Assembly (NCBI GenBank): GCA_011109175.1
Contig: RDEW01000030.1
Span: 26,311-79,315, forward strand
From: Dicyema japonicum
Taxonomy: Eukaryota; Animalia; Dicyemida
Length of the DNA: 53,005 nt
Reading direction: 5' to 3'
The stretch's first letter is position 1. Each line of letters begins with the position of its first letter. Position numbers and translations under genes: made by a program. Below, piece after piece: positions 1 through 12,970 of the stretch. The notes below the pieces were generated by a model. The model was given only the letters and a program-made list of their open reading frames with translations. It was not told the DNA's origin and ran no database searches.

Positions 1-174
1 ATTAAGTGATCAAAGCTTCCAATAATCAGTATGATGAAAGTCACTAGTGCGTCGTATATAATTCAGAGAATCTTCTGTTTACTGGATATAGGAATAGGGG
101 TGTAACAAATGTACACTTCAGTCTCACATTTGGACTTCATATCCGGAGTAGATCATCTGCGTCTTCTAATGTCA

Positions 175-1246
175 TTTTGCCGCAGACATTGTAAGAGAGT
201 AAATACTACGACCCATGGGGTAGCCGCAAGGGATGGGGATCTGTTTTTAGCGACGATAATAGTATCTTTTGCATAAGCTAGGAACAACAAGTCTGGATTG
301 ACAAGTTGAATAATGCAGAGGTCAGTGAGGATCATTGTGGTGAGCCGTTTGGCAAAAAGTGAGATACTGAATTGAGGTTACCACGTCGACCTGAAAAAAC
401 TGCTTAGCCACAACTTTATATTCGGATAAATACAAGTCTCAAAAATCTTTTTTCTCAACATAGTCCTCGAGACATAATCGAATGCCTTTTGTATGTCCAC
501 AGAGACCAAGGCTAATGGTACTTTGAACATTTTGCATGTAAGAGAGACCGGGCAGTACAAAGAATGGTCATCGTTTGACTTTCATGTTTGCAAAATAAGG
601 GCGTGATCAAGGAATTCTTTTAGATATTTGGGAGAACGTGAATGCCGATAAAGTAGTCGTACAAATCCGTAAATACAGCCTTAGCTCGCGGGCAGAGATG
701 GTTGAAATAGATCAAGGTCACATTTATGAATTGCGCGTAGTGAAACGATGGAATTACTCACCCCAACCGGAGTGAAGAAGGTAATCGAAGGTGTGGGTTT
801 TTGGATTGCAATACTTTATCCGAACAAAACAAAGTCCTTATGACTGATCCCGACATAGTCATTTCTTAATTCATCATGAACGGTCGGTAAAATTGTCCTT
901 GGTCGATCACGGAAACGCAGAGCGACCAGAACAGAGTAGTCCTTTACAGCCACGTTTGTGAGGGTCCCCAGGTCCAGACAAAATACATGTCAAAACTTCT
1001 CCATCTTGCCTCCGGGATCTCCCTGACATTGAAAGTCTAGAGGGAGAGGTCTAGTCATAAATTCCGTGCTTACCAGACATAATGTTCAAGAGCCACGTCA
1101 TAAGCTCAGCCTAAGAAAAGATGATTATTATAATGCACATTCACAATAGGAAGGTTATATCCTTCCGTCGCTTGTGTTACCTCCAATATGATCCGGTCTG
1201 TTAGACTCCTCCACACTTTTCTTAAGATTTCGATTTTTCGGCTGTC
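175..1246 (-). mobile_element. Degenerate non-LTR RT fragment bounded by 26-bp direct repeats, inside a hAT remnant (also in copy B)
   Basis: VDIQKAFDYV and LAYAKD RT-like motifs; tagatcatctgcgtcttctaatgtca at 149-174 and 1247-1272. Confidence 0.75.
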
Positions 1247-1577
1247 TAGATCATCTGCGTCTTCTAATGTCACTTTAACATGTTTTAGATTATTGATGGC
1301 AAAGTTGTTAGTGCCTTCTCTCTAAAAGCCCCTGAGCAGAAGTATGATTCCATAATTTCATAAGTAGGAACGGCATAATTGATCCGTAATGTGCCCAAAT
1401 AATCCCCATCGGGTCTTAGTACTGGGGTTTTTCGAAAATAAGCCCAGGGCTTATTTTAATTGTATCCAAGTTTTTCGATTTAAAAACTGTGTATATGTCT
1501 TGGTTTTTGATAAGTACGATATCTCATTGTCGTGTTTTATACATACGTGCAAATGAGAGAAGTCACCACCTCCCAAA

Positions 1578-3160
1578 TAATAAAAGATGATTAGTTAGTT
1601 AAAGCACATTCGCGTTACCAGTAAACACTGTTTATGGTTTCGCTTATGCAATGTTTTTCGATTATTTTTTCCGTTAGTCTTTTCCATCCTTTTTGATGTC
1701 GTGATCGTTCCCTGATTTCGTCCAGATCGTCCGCATCCATCTGTCGGTCCCCGATCACTGCGTAATTCTTTGTAAGTGTCCTTGGAAGACAAGTTCTTGG
1801 AAGTCCACTGAATGCAGGAGATACAGTATGGCCGAAAAATTCTTCCATGGCGGCATTGAATGGTGTCTGTTAACCCATCCTAAATTATGTCCAAAAAGAT
1901 GCCAGCGGGCTTACGTTCAGCTTTATTGGTCCACAATCAGTCAGTCTGTATAATTTATTGTTTGAGATTATCTTTGACCAAAAGTATCCAAGGAGTTTTC
2001 CTAGTTGGCATCCGTGAAACAAATCAAGTTGTTCCATATCTTTCTTTGATGTTCCTCAAGTACCTGCGTTGTACATGAGGACTGGTCGGACAAATCCATT
2101 ATATAAGCGTAACCGCATCTTAGTAGGAATTTGATTTTTCTCATCAGAATGGATTTATAATTTTTTAGTGCTATTGTGGCCAATATCTTTCTTCCTGTGA
2201 TATCTCCTGAATCGCCAAGTAACGATCCAGTTTTCATGTTTTCCTCCACTTCTCCTCGACGCGGTTTGGCGTTCTTTTAATAGTGGTTATTTCAGTTGTG
2301 TCTTCATTGACTTTGAGGGACCATTTACTCAAGATTGTTTTTGCTTTCTCCATAATAACGTCTATAAATTCCCGATCTTCCGCGACGAAATTGATGTCAT
2401 CAGCGTAAATGAGTTCCATAAAGTGGTTGTCCAGAATTTGTTGTCTTAGATCACTCAAAGCTTCCTTCAGGTAGATGATAAATAATACAGGAGATAGAGT
2501 GTCTCCCAGTGGGGTTCCAACATTGGTAGAAAAAGGTCTAGACTCTTTAGAGGCAACTCTGACGAGTAATTCAGATTCAGATAATAGCATATGTATCATG
2601 CGCACACTGTCTTCATCGACAACGTCTTTCAACACGACAAGCAACTTACTCTTGTTGATACTGTTAAAAGCCTTGCTCATGTCGATTCCCAGGATATGAA
2701 AGGATCGTAGGTACTTCTGACAGATAGCAGTAATCCAGCGATGGCTCCAGACAACATCAGCAGTGGATCTTCCAGGCCTGAAACCACTCTGACCGCAAGA
2801 GAGATATCGATTGAGTGACATTGATATACGGCCTCGAACAATAGTCAATAGAGTTTTCCTTAGAGTGGTGACTAGCACAATAGGTCTCAAGCTTCCGAAG
2901 GGTACCCTTCTTTTGCCTGGTTTATGAGCTAGTATTAATATTCTGGTCCCGATTGGAAGCGGTAGTGTAATGCAAAATCCTTGTTTATTATTTGTGCGAA
3001 GAACCTCGCCAGACTATTAAGCGTATTTGAGTAATTCCCCTGGGACTCCATCACATCCTCGATAGAGTTTTCCTTAGAGTGGTGACTAGCACAATAGGTT
3101 TCAAGCTTCCGAAGAGTCCCCGTCTTTTGCCCGGTTTATGAACAGGTATCAATATTCCGG
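1578..3160 (-). mobile_element. RTE-clade LINE, 5'-truncated and frameshifted
   Basis: QSGFRPGRSTAD, GIDMSKAF, GTPLGDTLSP, YADD and LGSLLGD motifs; (taac)n-like tail. Confidence 0.88.
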
Positions 3161-3177
3161 ATGATTAGCTGGAATTT

Positions 3178-4730
3178 TTTTAATTTTTTTATTTAACCCA
3201 AGAACACCAATAGTTAATTTAATTGTATTAAACTAATTAGGTGATCCCGGCCGCCTCCATCAGGTCTCTCATCTTTTTCCGGTGGACCTTCCGAGATCCA
3301 ACACAGCTTCTCTGAGGACGGGAGGGTTTTGAAAGAAATACAAGAGGGGTGATGTAAAGTCTTCTAGTAAGACCCAATCCATTAGAGCATTGTAGGAAGT
3401 TGGATTTTCGGCACAGAGCGGCGAATCCCTTTCCCATTTTGTCCGATAAGGTCTTCCAGAGAGATGGGTTTGAGACTGACTGTTCTCACGAGCTTGCCGA
3501 TAGTTGTAGCTGATAGGGACTGAATATCACTGATTTTCTGTTTGTTCGTCCAGGATAGGTTGATTCCCCAAGACGCACAGGCGTATCTGATAGATGGCTC
3601 AATGAATTGTTTATGTAGTACTTTTTTTCCGCTTGACCTTTTTTCCACTTGACTTTTTTTTCCTACAATCGTTTCAATGCTGGGAAAGGGGTTCTGATGC
3701 CACCAAAAATATATTTGATCAAACCAAGCTTTCTTGAGCAAGCTCCGGAGATATATTCGACATGAGGGAGAAGGTCATATGCGTGTCAAAGGCGACTCCT
3801 AAGATTTTCAATTTCTTCGTAAAAGGTATTTTTGTTTGGTTGATAAATAAATCAACGGTCATTCTTCCAAGACGTTTGTCTGAGGTAAATAAGAATGTGG
3901 AGGACTTCTCAGGAGATATATCAAGTCTGTTGGAGATTAACCAATTTTGAATCACGTGTAGTTGTTTTTGAACTCTTTCTGAGGCTTTTAGGAGATCCTG
4001 GTCACGGGATCCAATTAGAATGTCATCAGCATAGGAGAGGAGAAGATCGTCTTTATCAACTGATCGTGGCAAATCCGACATAAAAAGGTTGAATAAGGCG
4101 GGGGACAAAGGAGAGCCTTGCGGAACACCATTGGGAAGTAGTCTCGAAAGTGATTTGGTCCCATCCATACAAACCCGGGCCCTTCTCCCGCTGAGGAAAT
4201 TCGAAAGCCAGAGTTTTAGATTGGGGTTAATGGAGAGTCCAAATAATTTCTGGTTAAGATTTTCCTGGAGACAGAGTCAAAGGCTTTACGCAGATCCACA
4301 GAGCAGACGATGGTTTTGAGGTGACGAGGACTTGAGTTGAAGCCATCAAGGATAAATTGATTGAGAGAAGTAAGGTGGGTGGACGTTTAATAGAACTTTC
4401 TGAAGCCATGTTGAGAGGAACTGAAGGGAAGGGACGGGGAAATGAGATCAAGTACCGGTTTTTCCAATAATTTTGAAAATGAACATAATAGAGAAATTGG
4501 TCGGTATGAAGCGGGATTGTTTTTGTCCTTGCCAGGTTTTGGTATTGGGCGTATGTGGGAAAGTTTCCAAATCGTAGGGATGGAATACATGTTCAAAGAA
4601 TAGTTGAAAATAAGGGAGATTACCCCAATAGTAACCGGTCCAAGGTGTTTAAGAAGTATTGAAGGGATGCCATCTGGACCACAAGAGCGGGAGGGATTAA
4701 TCATCTTCAAGCCTTCGAATACGTTTGAAT
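3178..4730 (-). mobile_element. Vingi/Ingi-like LINE, 5'-truncated
   Basis: GPDGIP, SYRPISLL, QHGFR, GVPQGSPLSP and YADD motifs; ORF ends AAGIT* at the family 3' stem. Confidence 0.85.
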
Positions 4731-4809
4731 GAGAAATAAATTAAGATTTATTTACTTGGTCTGATTTTTAATAAATAAATAATTTAAAATTTAAAGTAAA
4801 TTTAAAATT

Positions 4810-5272
4810 ATGTCTATTGCTGTTGTGTGTTCCAGCAACCAAAATAGAAGTATGGAGGCTCATGCCTTTTTACAGTAATATAAGGTTTCATTTAGAGAAA
4901 AAATGGCTATCAAGTTAGTTCATTCGGTACAGGAAAGCGAGTGAGGCTTCCTGGTCCAGTATTGATCAACCAAATGTTTATGGATTCGATGTCACCTATG
5001 ACGAGATTCTACAAGGATTTAATAGCAAAGGAAAAATGTTGTACACTCAAAATGGCTCTCCTCAGTATGCTCCGACGGAATCGCAGAATCAAACCAAATC
5101 CTCAGCGTTTTCAAGATTTTCCTTAAAAAAATTGACTACATAATCACGTGCGATGACTTTGTCTTTGGTCAGTCATGGAAGGTTTTGTGATTTATCTATT
5201 CTATCAGATCTCAGTTCTAGGAGTTTCAACATGGACACTGAACTGATAAAATCCTACGTAATAAACGTGCCT
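4810..5272 (+). pseudogene. SSU72: Truncated, frameshifted SSU72 duplicate
   Basis: [18 protein letters not shown]; indels relative to the 21307 copy; cut at ...gtgcct by a LINE fragment. Confidence 0.9.
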
Positions 5273-5764
5273 TCTCCTTCATTTAATAATAATATGGGAC
5301 AGTCTCTTGTCGACCATATGCTCCATAATTTTGGTCATAGTGAAGATCAGACTTATGGCACGATAACTTGAGCCTTCATTAAATAGCCTCGTCTTTATGT
5401 AGCCGAGGCCAGAAGCGTTATTGCAGCATTCTTTTATCTCTAAGCAAAATTCCTGAATTGCTATTTCCACGTGGTGTGGGTACTGGGTGTCACTTTTAGG
5501 TACTGTCAAACCATCATCTGTATCTGCGCTTTGTGTATTAATTTGTGTTTGTTATAGATGATCTCTAAAAATAGATATACTTTTTCTTGGGTTTACTCCT
5601 TCCCATTTGACTTTTAAGTAGAATCAGGTCCTCTTTTTCCTGTTCGAGTGCAACATTATCCTGTCGCTTGTTTACGATTGTGAGAGCTGGTCCTACACCA
5701 TTAAGAAAAATCAGATAATATCGTTGTTAGTAAAGACAAAAAGAACAGCCATCTAGCTTACGTT

Positions 5765-6660
5765 ATTATTATTATTACCCCCAGGATCACTGGGTCAAAG
5801 AGAAAGAAATAAAAGTTCTCATCTAACTAAGTGATCCCAGACCGACAAAGGTGAGGACGAGTCCGGCGGGGTCGAGAATCCTGAACAGCTCTTCTCATTG
5901 GACATGGCATCGGCTCAAAATTTCTGTATGATTGTAGATAATTCGATAGTATTTGGAATAGAGGGCAGCTCGGTAGAATAGCCTCCTTTAATAGTTTCCG
6001 TTGTAGTTCGATTAAAAAGTTTTCAATGGGTTGGATATTGTGATCTGGTCCAATTAACTTTATTGCAGTCTCCTCGATTGCGGATAATTTCAATGAGGAA
6101 GATCGTGACATTTGCATTGCCCATGAAGGACTTGCATACGTCATCGTTGGTCGGATAAATTGTTTGTAAATCGTGGCAAAGACACCAGTTTGATCTCTAA
6201 GTGTTTTTGAGAGCACTTTTAAAATTCTCATTTTTTTCAGAGCAGAAGTTACTTTGTTTTCAACATGTCGGATAAAGGTGAGTCCCTGATCAAAGGTTAC
6301 TCCCAGAATCTTCGGTGTTTTGTTAATAGAGATAGCTTCGTTCTTCATAAAGACTTTTGGTTCGATACAGAGCTGTCTTTTGTAGGTGGTAAACAGTGTG
6401 ACAAAGGACTTTGCTGCTGATGTGTCGAGTCTCCGCTTCAAGAGCCATAGTTCCAGCTTGTCGAGCATTTGTTGAGCCGACTGAGTCGCTGATTGAATGC
6501 TTCTGTTCTTGGAGGCAAGAATGATATCGTCGGCATAGGAGAGGATTAGACAGTTTTCATTACAGGTTTGTGGCATGTCGTTTATGTAGAGATTGAAGAG
6601 TTGGGGTGATAGTGGGGAGCCTTGAGGGACTACGTGAGAGTCGAATAAAGGGCTCAACAC
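5765..6660 (-). mobile_element. Vingi/Ingi-like LINE 3' part (RT C-terminal half)
   Basis: VPQGSPLSP, YADD, LGVTFD and YASPSW motifs; ends RSGIT*; (taa)n tail. Confidence 0.88.
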
Positions 6661-7652
6661 TGAAAAAAACGGTCTGATAGAGCCAATAAAAACGGTAATA
6701 CAGGAAAAAAATGACTAAAAACTTTAGGATCTATGAAAAGATGGAGATGGATACTGTTATAGAGTCCAAGCCATATGTAAGATATGTGGTAGCTAACCAT
6801 CCTCCTTAACAAACGCCTTTGTTAACCTTTTATTGAATAAAAATAAATATTTCATCAAGATATCCATCCGTCTCGGGATCTATCTGTGCCAGCCTCATCC
6901 ATGCAGTTGTGGACTTCAAAAGACTGACATATCTAGTTAAAATAGGAGACTGCGTTATTGATAGACTCAAAAGCTTTCAATTTGTGTCCATCAGGTTATA
7001 GTTAAAAGCAGCGAATTTCTTCTAATCGAAATTATTAGGTCCAACACTGACAGTCTCTTATTTTTAAAAACTCTTTCTTTTACGGAGATAAATACGGAAT
7101 TGTGGTCGCTCTTTAAGTCATAAACCACAGGCAACTGGTGAGAGGGGGATACTACTTGAAGCAAATATAATGTTGGAAGAGATAATACTATTTGGTTCTG
7201 TAAAGTGTTCTCATTTATTTAAGAACCCCAAGATCATCATGAAAGAAGGAGTCAAAAACAACTAATTATGTGAACCCAGGTTCCAACAATTCCCACACTC
7301 TCTTTGAGTGGTCCCCAAGTAGTCTCCTAGAAGTATTTCTACGAATTTCTGCAGAAGAACTCGATCGTTTTTCTTCAAAACTGATTGGGATTCCTCCACA
7401 TGAATAACTTTTCCACCAAGTGGGTTTCCAGGTTCCTTGCAGAAACGCAAGAAATCTCGGCCATATGGGGTTCTTGTGGACATCAATGGATTTTTGGTAA
7501 AATAATGTAGGATTTAATTTAAGAAAACATTTAGTTTTTAATTTTAAAAATATAATTAATTATTTTTGCGTTTAATCCTAAAAATTAAATTTAAAACAAA
7601 CTCGTGAATTTTATAGTGGCACTTTGTACAGTTTTCATACTTGACATAAATT

Positions 7653-9449
7653 ATGAATTTTCACGCAAAACTCGCACATGAAATCAAGGATATACTCAGA
7701 GATCCATATGGAAGGACATTTTTGATTACCAACCAGGAAGTTCTCCTTCTTTTTGTAAATATTCGTATTTTTTGCATTCCTTCTTTCAAGTCATTTATCC
7801 TATTGTAGGGCAACGAAGAGACAATCGAACGCACGTGGAAATCGAAGCATCGTCACATTAAACTTAACAAAATTCATTTCTCAGAAAATTTTAAATTATT
7901 TTTAATTTCTACTAACTTAAATGTAATCTTTTAATTTATTTTTAGAAAATTATCATATTTGACCCATCTGCCGAGGATTTTGATAAAATGCCTCATGTCG
8001 ATGTACACTTAAACTAATTTTCAGTTACAATCCCACGTGGTAGAATTTGTTGAGGACGAAAATCTATTTTGTCTTTGTTCCGACTACTCAATCTACCTTC
8101 TAGATTTTAAAAACGGTGGAAGCGTATCAATGGTCTTTCCAACGGATTTAACTCATGGACAGATAAGATGCACGTGCTTCTTCAGAGGGACAGTTATCGT
8201 TCTTGAAGACTCTGTTCTATTAGGAGTTATTTTAGACTTTGATTCTGTTTGATTTGTCCTCCAAGTCTGTCACAAGAATAAACGATCCTCAAAAACTTAG
8301 TCGAGTAGAAAGTATTCGATCTTTCCGTGGATCCTCTGGCCTTCCTGCCTTGATGACGCTCAATGATGAAATGAGTAGCTATTCTCTATATTCTAGGGAT
8401 GTCTGTTCTCCATGTGGACATGAGTCAGAATGGGACTCCACCAAGACTAGTGCAAGAGCATTATAGAATATTAGAAGACATTGTGTCTGTTAGTTCCCAA
8501 TATTCCAACCAATTTGCCCTCATTTTGAAGACCTCAGACGGTTTGTGTGGTTTGAATATTCCAGAGTACATATTGGCTGTGTGGGATAATTCATTTCGCA
8601 CTCTTGTGCAATCCCAGTCGCTTGGACTTACCCTCAGTAATCAGAGAATCTCGGTTTTTCTGTTTTAGTTTATTTTAGGTTTATTTCTACGGTGATTACG
8701 TGTATGTCGTGGATGGATGTTCCATATACGGTATCCACGTGACACCCGTGAAGTTGAAACTGTCGGATTTACTGCACGAGGCTAATTTAAAGGCCTGTCT
8801 GCGAAACGGATATGAGGAGAAATACACTTTGCCTTTCAACGGAAAGAAGCTGACTACGGAAGAAGAGGACCAGATCCGCAAGGTTGGAGAGGAGAAACTC
8901 GTCCGCATGTTATCGGAATTCCTTAGGTACTTTCTTTTGGTAACTTCAGGAATATTCGGTCTGATTGCTTGGAGACCGACTTTAATGTTACTCCTTTTCC
9001 GTGGAATGATCACCACGTGTACTTAATGTACTCTTTTCGTTAATTTCAGTGACTTGATGTGCTCGGTTCCTTACACGAGTCCACAGCTTGTACTGTACCT
9101 GAGGAAGATGCTACCATTGGCAGACGCTATGGTTCGATTGGACTTATTTGTTAGTTTTTGTTGAGATACTTTGTGGCTGTGATCTCCCAGTCTTTGGACG
9201 TTGAAAGAGTTACCATGTACTGTTATTATAGGCCATTGATTGGATTACTGTCATTATTGATGCCTTTATAGGGCAGATTCAGGAAATGATGAGTTTTCAG
9301 ATCTGATTAGGCAACTCAGCTCTCTAGTAGACTTCCATATGTCTTATCATAAAACATTGATATCGTTAACTCAAGTTCAGGATAAAGTAGAGTATGGAAG
9401 GGTCGTCAGTAATGATTTATATAAATTTGAACTTGTTAAGTTTTTCTAA
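7653..9449 (+). CDS. NOL11: NOL11/Utp8-like nucleolar protein; ~10 introns; apparent 1-nt frame break near 9278
   Basis: Spliced translation has AVWDNSFRTLVQ, AIDWITVIIDA and a C-terminal DLYKFELVKFF*, resembling NOL11 motifs as recalled. Confidence 0.65.
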
Positions 9450-10583
9450 TGTTTTATAATTTTATTTTAATTTGTGTTTTTACTCATATTCTGGAAACTT
9501 TGAAGTATAGTAGGAATGAAACCACTCACAATAGGTTGAGAGTTAGTAAGTTATTGCCCTAGAGAGCCCAGGCCTATTGTTTGGAAGATTCTTATTCTCG
9601 GTTATTAAATTTGTGTTTTTTTGCTTGTCCCGGGCACGTCTTAATCGGGTGGCTTACAGGACTGCGGAAGGGAGAACCTAGAATGAATTACACGGTGACT
9701 CTTACAGGACATTAGAGTCGCGGTCATGAGAGGTAAATTCCATAGCATACTCAATGCTTGTGGCAAAATGGAACCCTTTGGCTTTTTTTAATTAAAACTT
9801 TTTTGGTTAAATTTTTTTTATTTTATTCCTAAAATGGAATTTATGGAAACTAAAATTTCTAAAATTGAATTTTATGACAATTAAATAAAAAATTTAAATT
9901 TTTATTTACTTAAAGTTTAAAATTATAGAGTCCAGCCCATCACATTCATTTCCGAGATAACCGATACTCGGAAAACTTGAGCTATGAAAGTAACAGAAGA
10001 ATTTTTGGAGGCGAATATCCCAATTTACAAAATGAGACACCCTTTTCTCATACGCCTTTTTAAAGATGAAACATCATTTGCCATTTGAATCAACATGTAG
10101 GTCAAATATAAAAGAAATATCTCAATGTAAAATTAATACCATTCAAACTCATTTACTGTTGTTTTTTGAAGTTATTTAATAGTGGGGAATATGTTTTTCT
10201 GGTTTGTGATGAAGCTCAAGTCAACGGAACTCGTTTTTTAATTACTCTGATTGGGAAAATCTCCGCTCCGAAAAATCTTCATCTTATATCGTGTAGCAAC
10301 CTACATTCTCCGCCTACCAAGATATATGAAAAGTGGTAGAATTAAATCTAATTTTAAAGAATAAAATCCTACTTCACAGATGTTGATAACCTGATTTCTT
10401 CTTTAAAGGCTGCCATGGTGAAAAACAGAAGACGCTGGGAAATTTTTTCACAAATAGGAAATCCATCTGAAGTTGTAACAAAATAGGGAAGCTGGCTAAA
10501 AGCATCCAAATATTGCTTCCATAATCTTCCAGAATTATTAAATAAATAAAATAATCAGTTAATTTATCCCCAGTAAAGCATAT

Positions 10584-10915
10584 CTAAAACTGCCATCCAT
10601 CCAAAGTGGACCCCGCCGACATTATCGACGTTGCGTTGCCTCTCACGATTACAACAGAGATCAATTGGAGTAGCCACCGGGTCTCACGTGCGTCGTGGCT
10701 TTTTAGTGTAGCTAAGCGTCCAAGTTTCTTTAGGAAGCGAAGCGATTTTCCACTTATTCCTCGCAGTTGTTCTCGACCACTATCGGATAAAAGCGAATCG
10801 GTCGCGGTAGCGCTTCGTACTTCTTCTCCTTTGCCATCATCGTTTTTTCCACGGAATACAGTGTGTCTACCGCGCTCCCGACAATGTTGGACGGGCAAAG
10901 CGTGTCGACACATTA
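10584..10915 (-). mobile_element. CRE-like non-LTR restriction-like endonuclease (RLE) fragment
   Basis: CVDTLCPS, KKYEAL and ISVVIVRGNATSI motifs. Confidence 0.7.
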
Positions 10916-11107
10916 TTAAATTGTCTCTAAATTTGAAGATAGAGTTGAAATAAAATGTTTCGCTTTTTAATTATTTTAGGCCAAAGAATCAGTTAAAATT
11001 CCCAAGCTGTTTTCAAGTTTAACCGAAATTAGTAAAAAATATTTGGTGTTAATTAAAATGATTTTAAATGCCTAGCTACTCGATTATTCAATTGAAAAAT
11101 CTTATGC

Positions 11108-11266
11108 CACTCCACTGGAGAAGTTTCCACAACTGCAAGTATGGACGTCTTTTACCTTTATGTGATTCCGATAGACTCTTTCTGTAGAAGTGGAAACTGG
11201 ATACACTTAATTAGTTGTTTACTTTACTTCTTTCTCGGTGTATCCGGGGTTAATAAATAAATTAAT
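11108..11266 (+). mobile_element. SINE-like family 1, 5'-truncated copy
   Basis: Matches the 3' half of 44329-44655; flanked by ttatgc repeats. Confidence 0.85.
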
Positions 11267-12011
11267 TATGCAGATCTGAACAGCATCGAATTTTCATCAG
11301 ATCGTTGTATATAAAAAATATATATCAAAAAAGTTTCAGAAATCTAAGAAACTAAGTATTCTTGATATCTCAAATAAAAATATTTCGCCAGAAATTTACT
11401 CATACCTTCGACATTGTTGCGGAAGCTCAGACTCAGTTGAAAGGGCAATGTCTCATTTGACGAAAATTATTACTAAAGATCAAAAGTTTAAAATGTTCAA
11501 GAATATTTAATTTGGCATTACAATAAATAATTTCGTTTATTTTTCCACAATGCAATTTTTACAATTAAAAATATTTTTTATTTGCACTTTTTATTTTGAA
11601 AATTGCAATTTTCTGGTTGCCCTACTAATTATGTAAATTTTAACTTTATTTCTTGGAGAGAAAGGCGATGCTTCGAAAAACAAAATACCGGCTAGTCTTT
11701 CCATTTGTCTTTATATTATTGTCCACCAAACTTCCTCCTGCGTTTAGTCTAGGAATCCTGGATTAATCTCCACAAATGGGAAGCTTTCTTTACGTATTTT
11801 TGGCAGACTTTTAGATATAATTTGACTTCCGGTCCAAAGAGATGTTCGAAAGACTTTTCCATTTTGATGAAGTCTACCTGGAGTTCCGTGAAGTAACCAT
11901 GTTTAGTGTTTTCCGTAGCAGTAAGGCAGGATTCTGTTAAAGAATCTCAATAAGATTCTATTTTGTATCATCTCGTATAAAAAATAATAATATGCCCTGA
12001 AATATGCAATA

Positions 12012-12232
12012 TCGCACTTTCCGAAGAGCCAAATCAGCTATCGCTCCCCTCAGGCAGAACACACACTTTATTTTAAGCAAAGAACAGTTATCATACCTAA
12101 TCGATGAAGGAGAATCAAGAAATGCTCTTCACTTCCTTGTTTTTTCTTTTTCTTAGGTGTATGTCTTTCATAGACGATCCGGTTCCTCAGTGAAATGTTC
12201 ACTGATGACGGCGTTATTTGTCAAGCGAAAGC
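12012..12232 (-). mobile_element. SINE-like family 2 copy
   Basis: Aligns with 45186-45404 and, reverse-complemented, with 22255-22450. Confidence 0.8.
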
Positions 12233-12479
12233 AGAAAATAAAACAGTCAATTTGAGGAAAGTCAACGGGGACAATTTCTAATTATTAATTTTATGCCAAA
12301 AATCGCCAGTTAATGCTAATTATGAAGGAAGGCCATTAGGTGATCTCAGCCTCTCTTAGTATCGGGATAATTTTTGATCAACATGCTAATCAAAATTAAA
12401 ATATTTTTGTCACAAAGTCAAAAATTTACATATTCTTTAAAATTTTTTAATTAAACGATTAAAAGAGCACTTAAATGAA

Positions 12480-12970
12480 TGGACATGCTGTTTATTGTGA
12501 CAATAGCTATCGAGATACGCTCTCGAAGCCACCCAGTCTCACGTGGATCCTTGGTGGCCCTTTGGATCATTGAGCCGATCTTGCGGAATAGATAGTACGC
12601 TTATTGGCCAAGGATTCCTGATATCTTAATAGCAAATGGGACAAACATGTGATCCTTAGAGATGCTTCAATAATTTCTTCTCTTCTGATTCTCGGCTTGT
12701 TTAGAAGCATGACCTGATTCCGAGACTGAAGCAGCCAAATTCTTCGGAAACTATGTATCAACACACGTTGCATCCCAAACCAGGTTCACACCATCATCAA
12801 AAAGGAATTTTTTCATCCCGGCGTTTGTTATCGCCCCGAGTGAGACGGGTCGGCTCAAGCAAAAGAAAAAAGCGTTTTAAAACTTCACGATGAGACAGAT
12901 ATGCCTTAGGAAACGGCCCGCGCTCAACTTGCACGGCACAGCCAGGCACCAACTGAATTGCAGCTAGCCG
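12480..12970 (-). mobile_element. CRE-like RLE fragment
   Basis: LEPTRLTRGDNKR, LVWDATCVDT, FVPFAI and DPRETGWLRERISIAI motifs. Confidence 0.75.

Larger units (their letters stand above)
1..5272. repeat. Segmental duplication copy A (paralog of 16883-21770)
   Basis: 1-1600 is nearly identical to 16883-18480. Both copies have the same order: hAT/LINE fragments, RTE, a LINE slot, SSU72. Confidence 0.95.
9950..11623 (+). mobile_element. Decayed hAT/CGGBP1-like DNA transposon with nested CRE and SINE insertions
   Basis: FLEANIPIYKMRHP, VCDEAQ, GSWLKAS and SVERAMS motifs; terminus ...gccctac also ends the 23270-23858 remnant. Confidence 0.65.

Noticed and set aside
2475-4319. Antisense ORFs over RT regions
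   Set aside because: Shadow frames of LINE coding sequence with no independent motifs.
12200-12232. Hammerhead-like ctgatga...gaaa
   Set aside because: Stem II does not close, no stem I/III with an NUH site was found, and the 45374 copy has caaa instead of gaaa.
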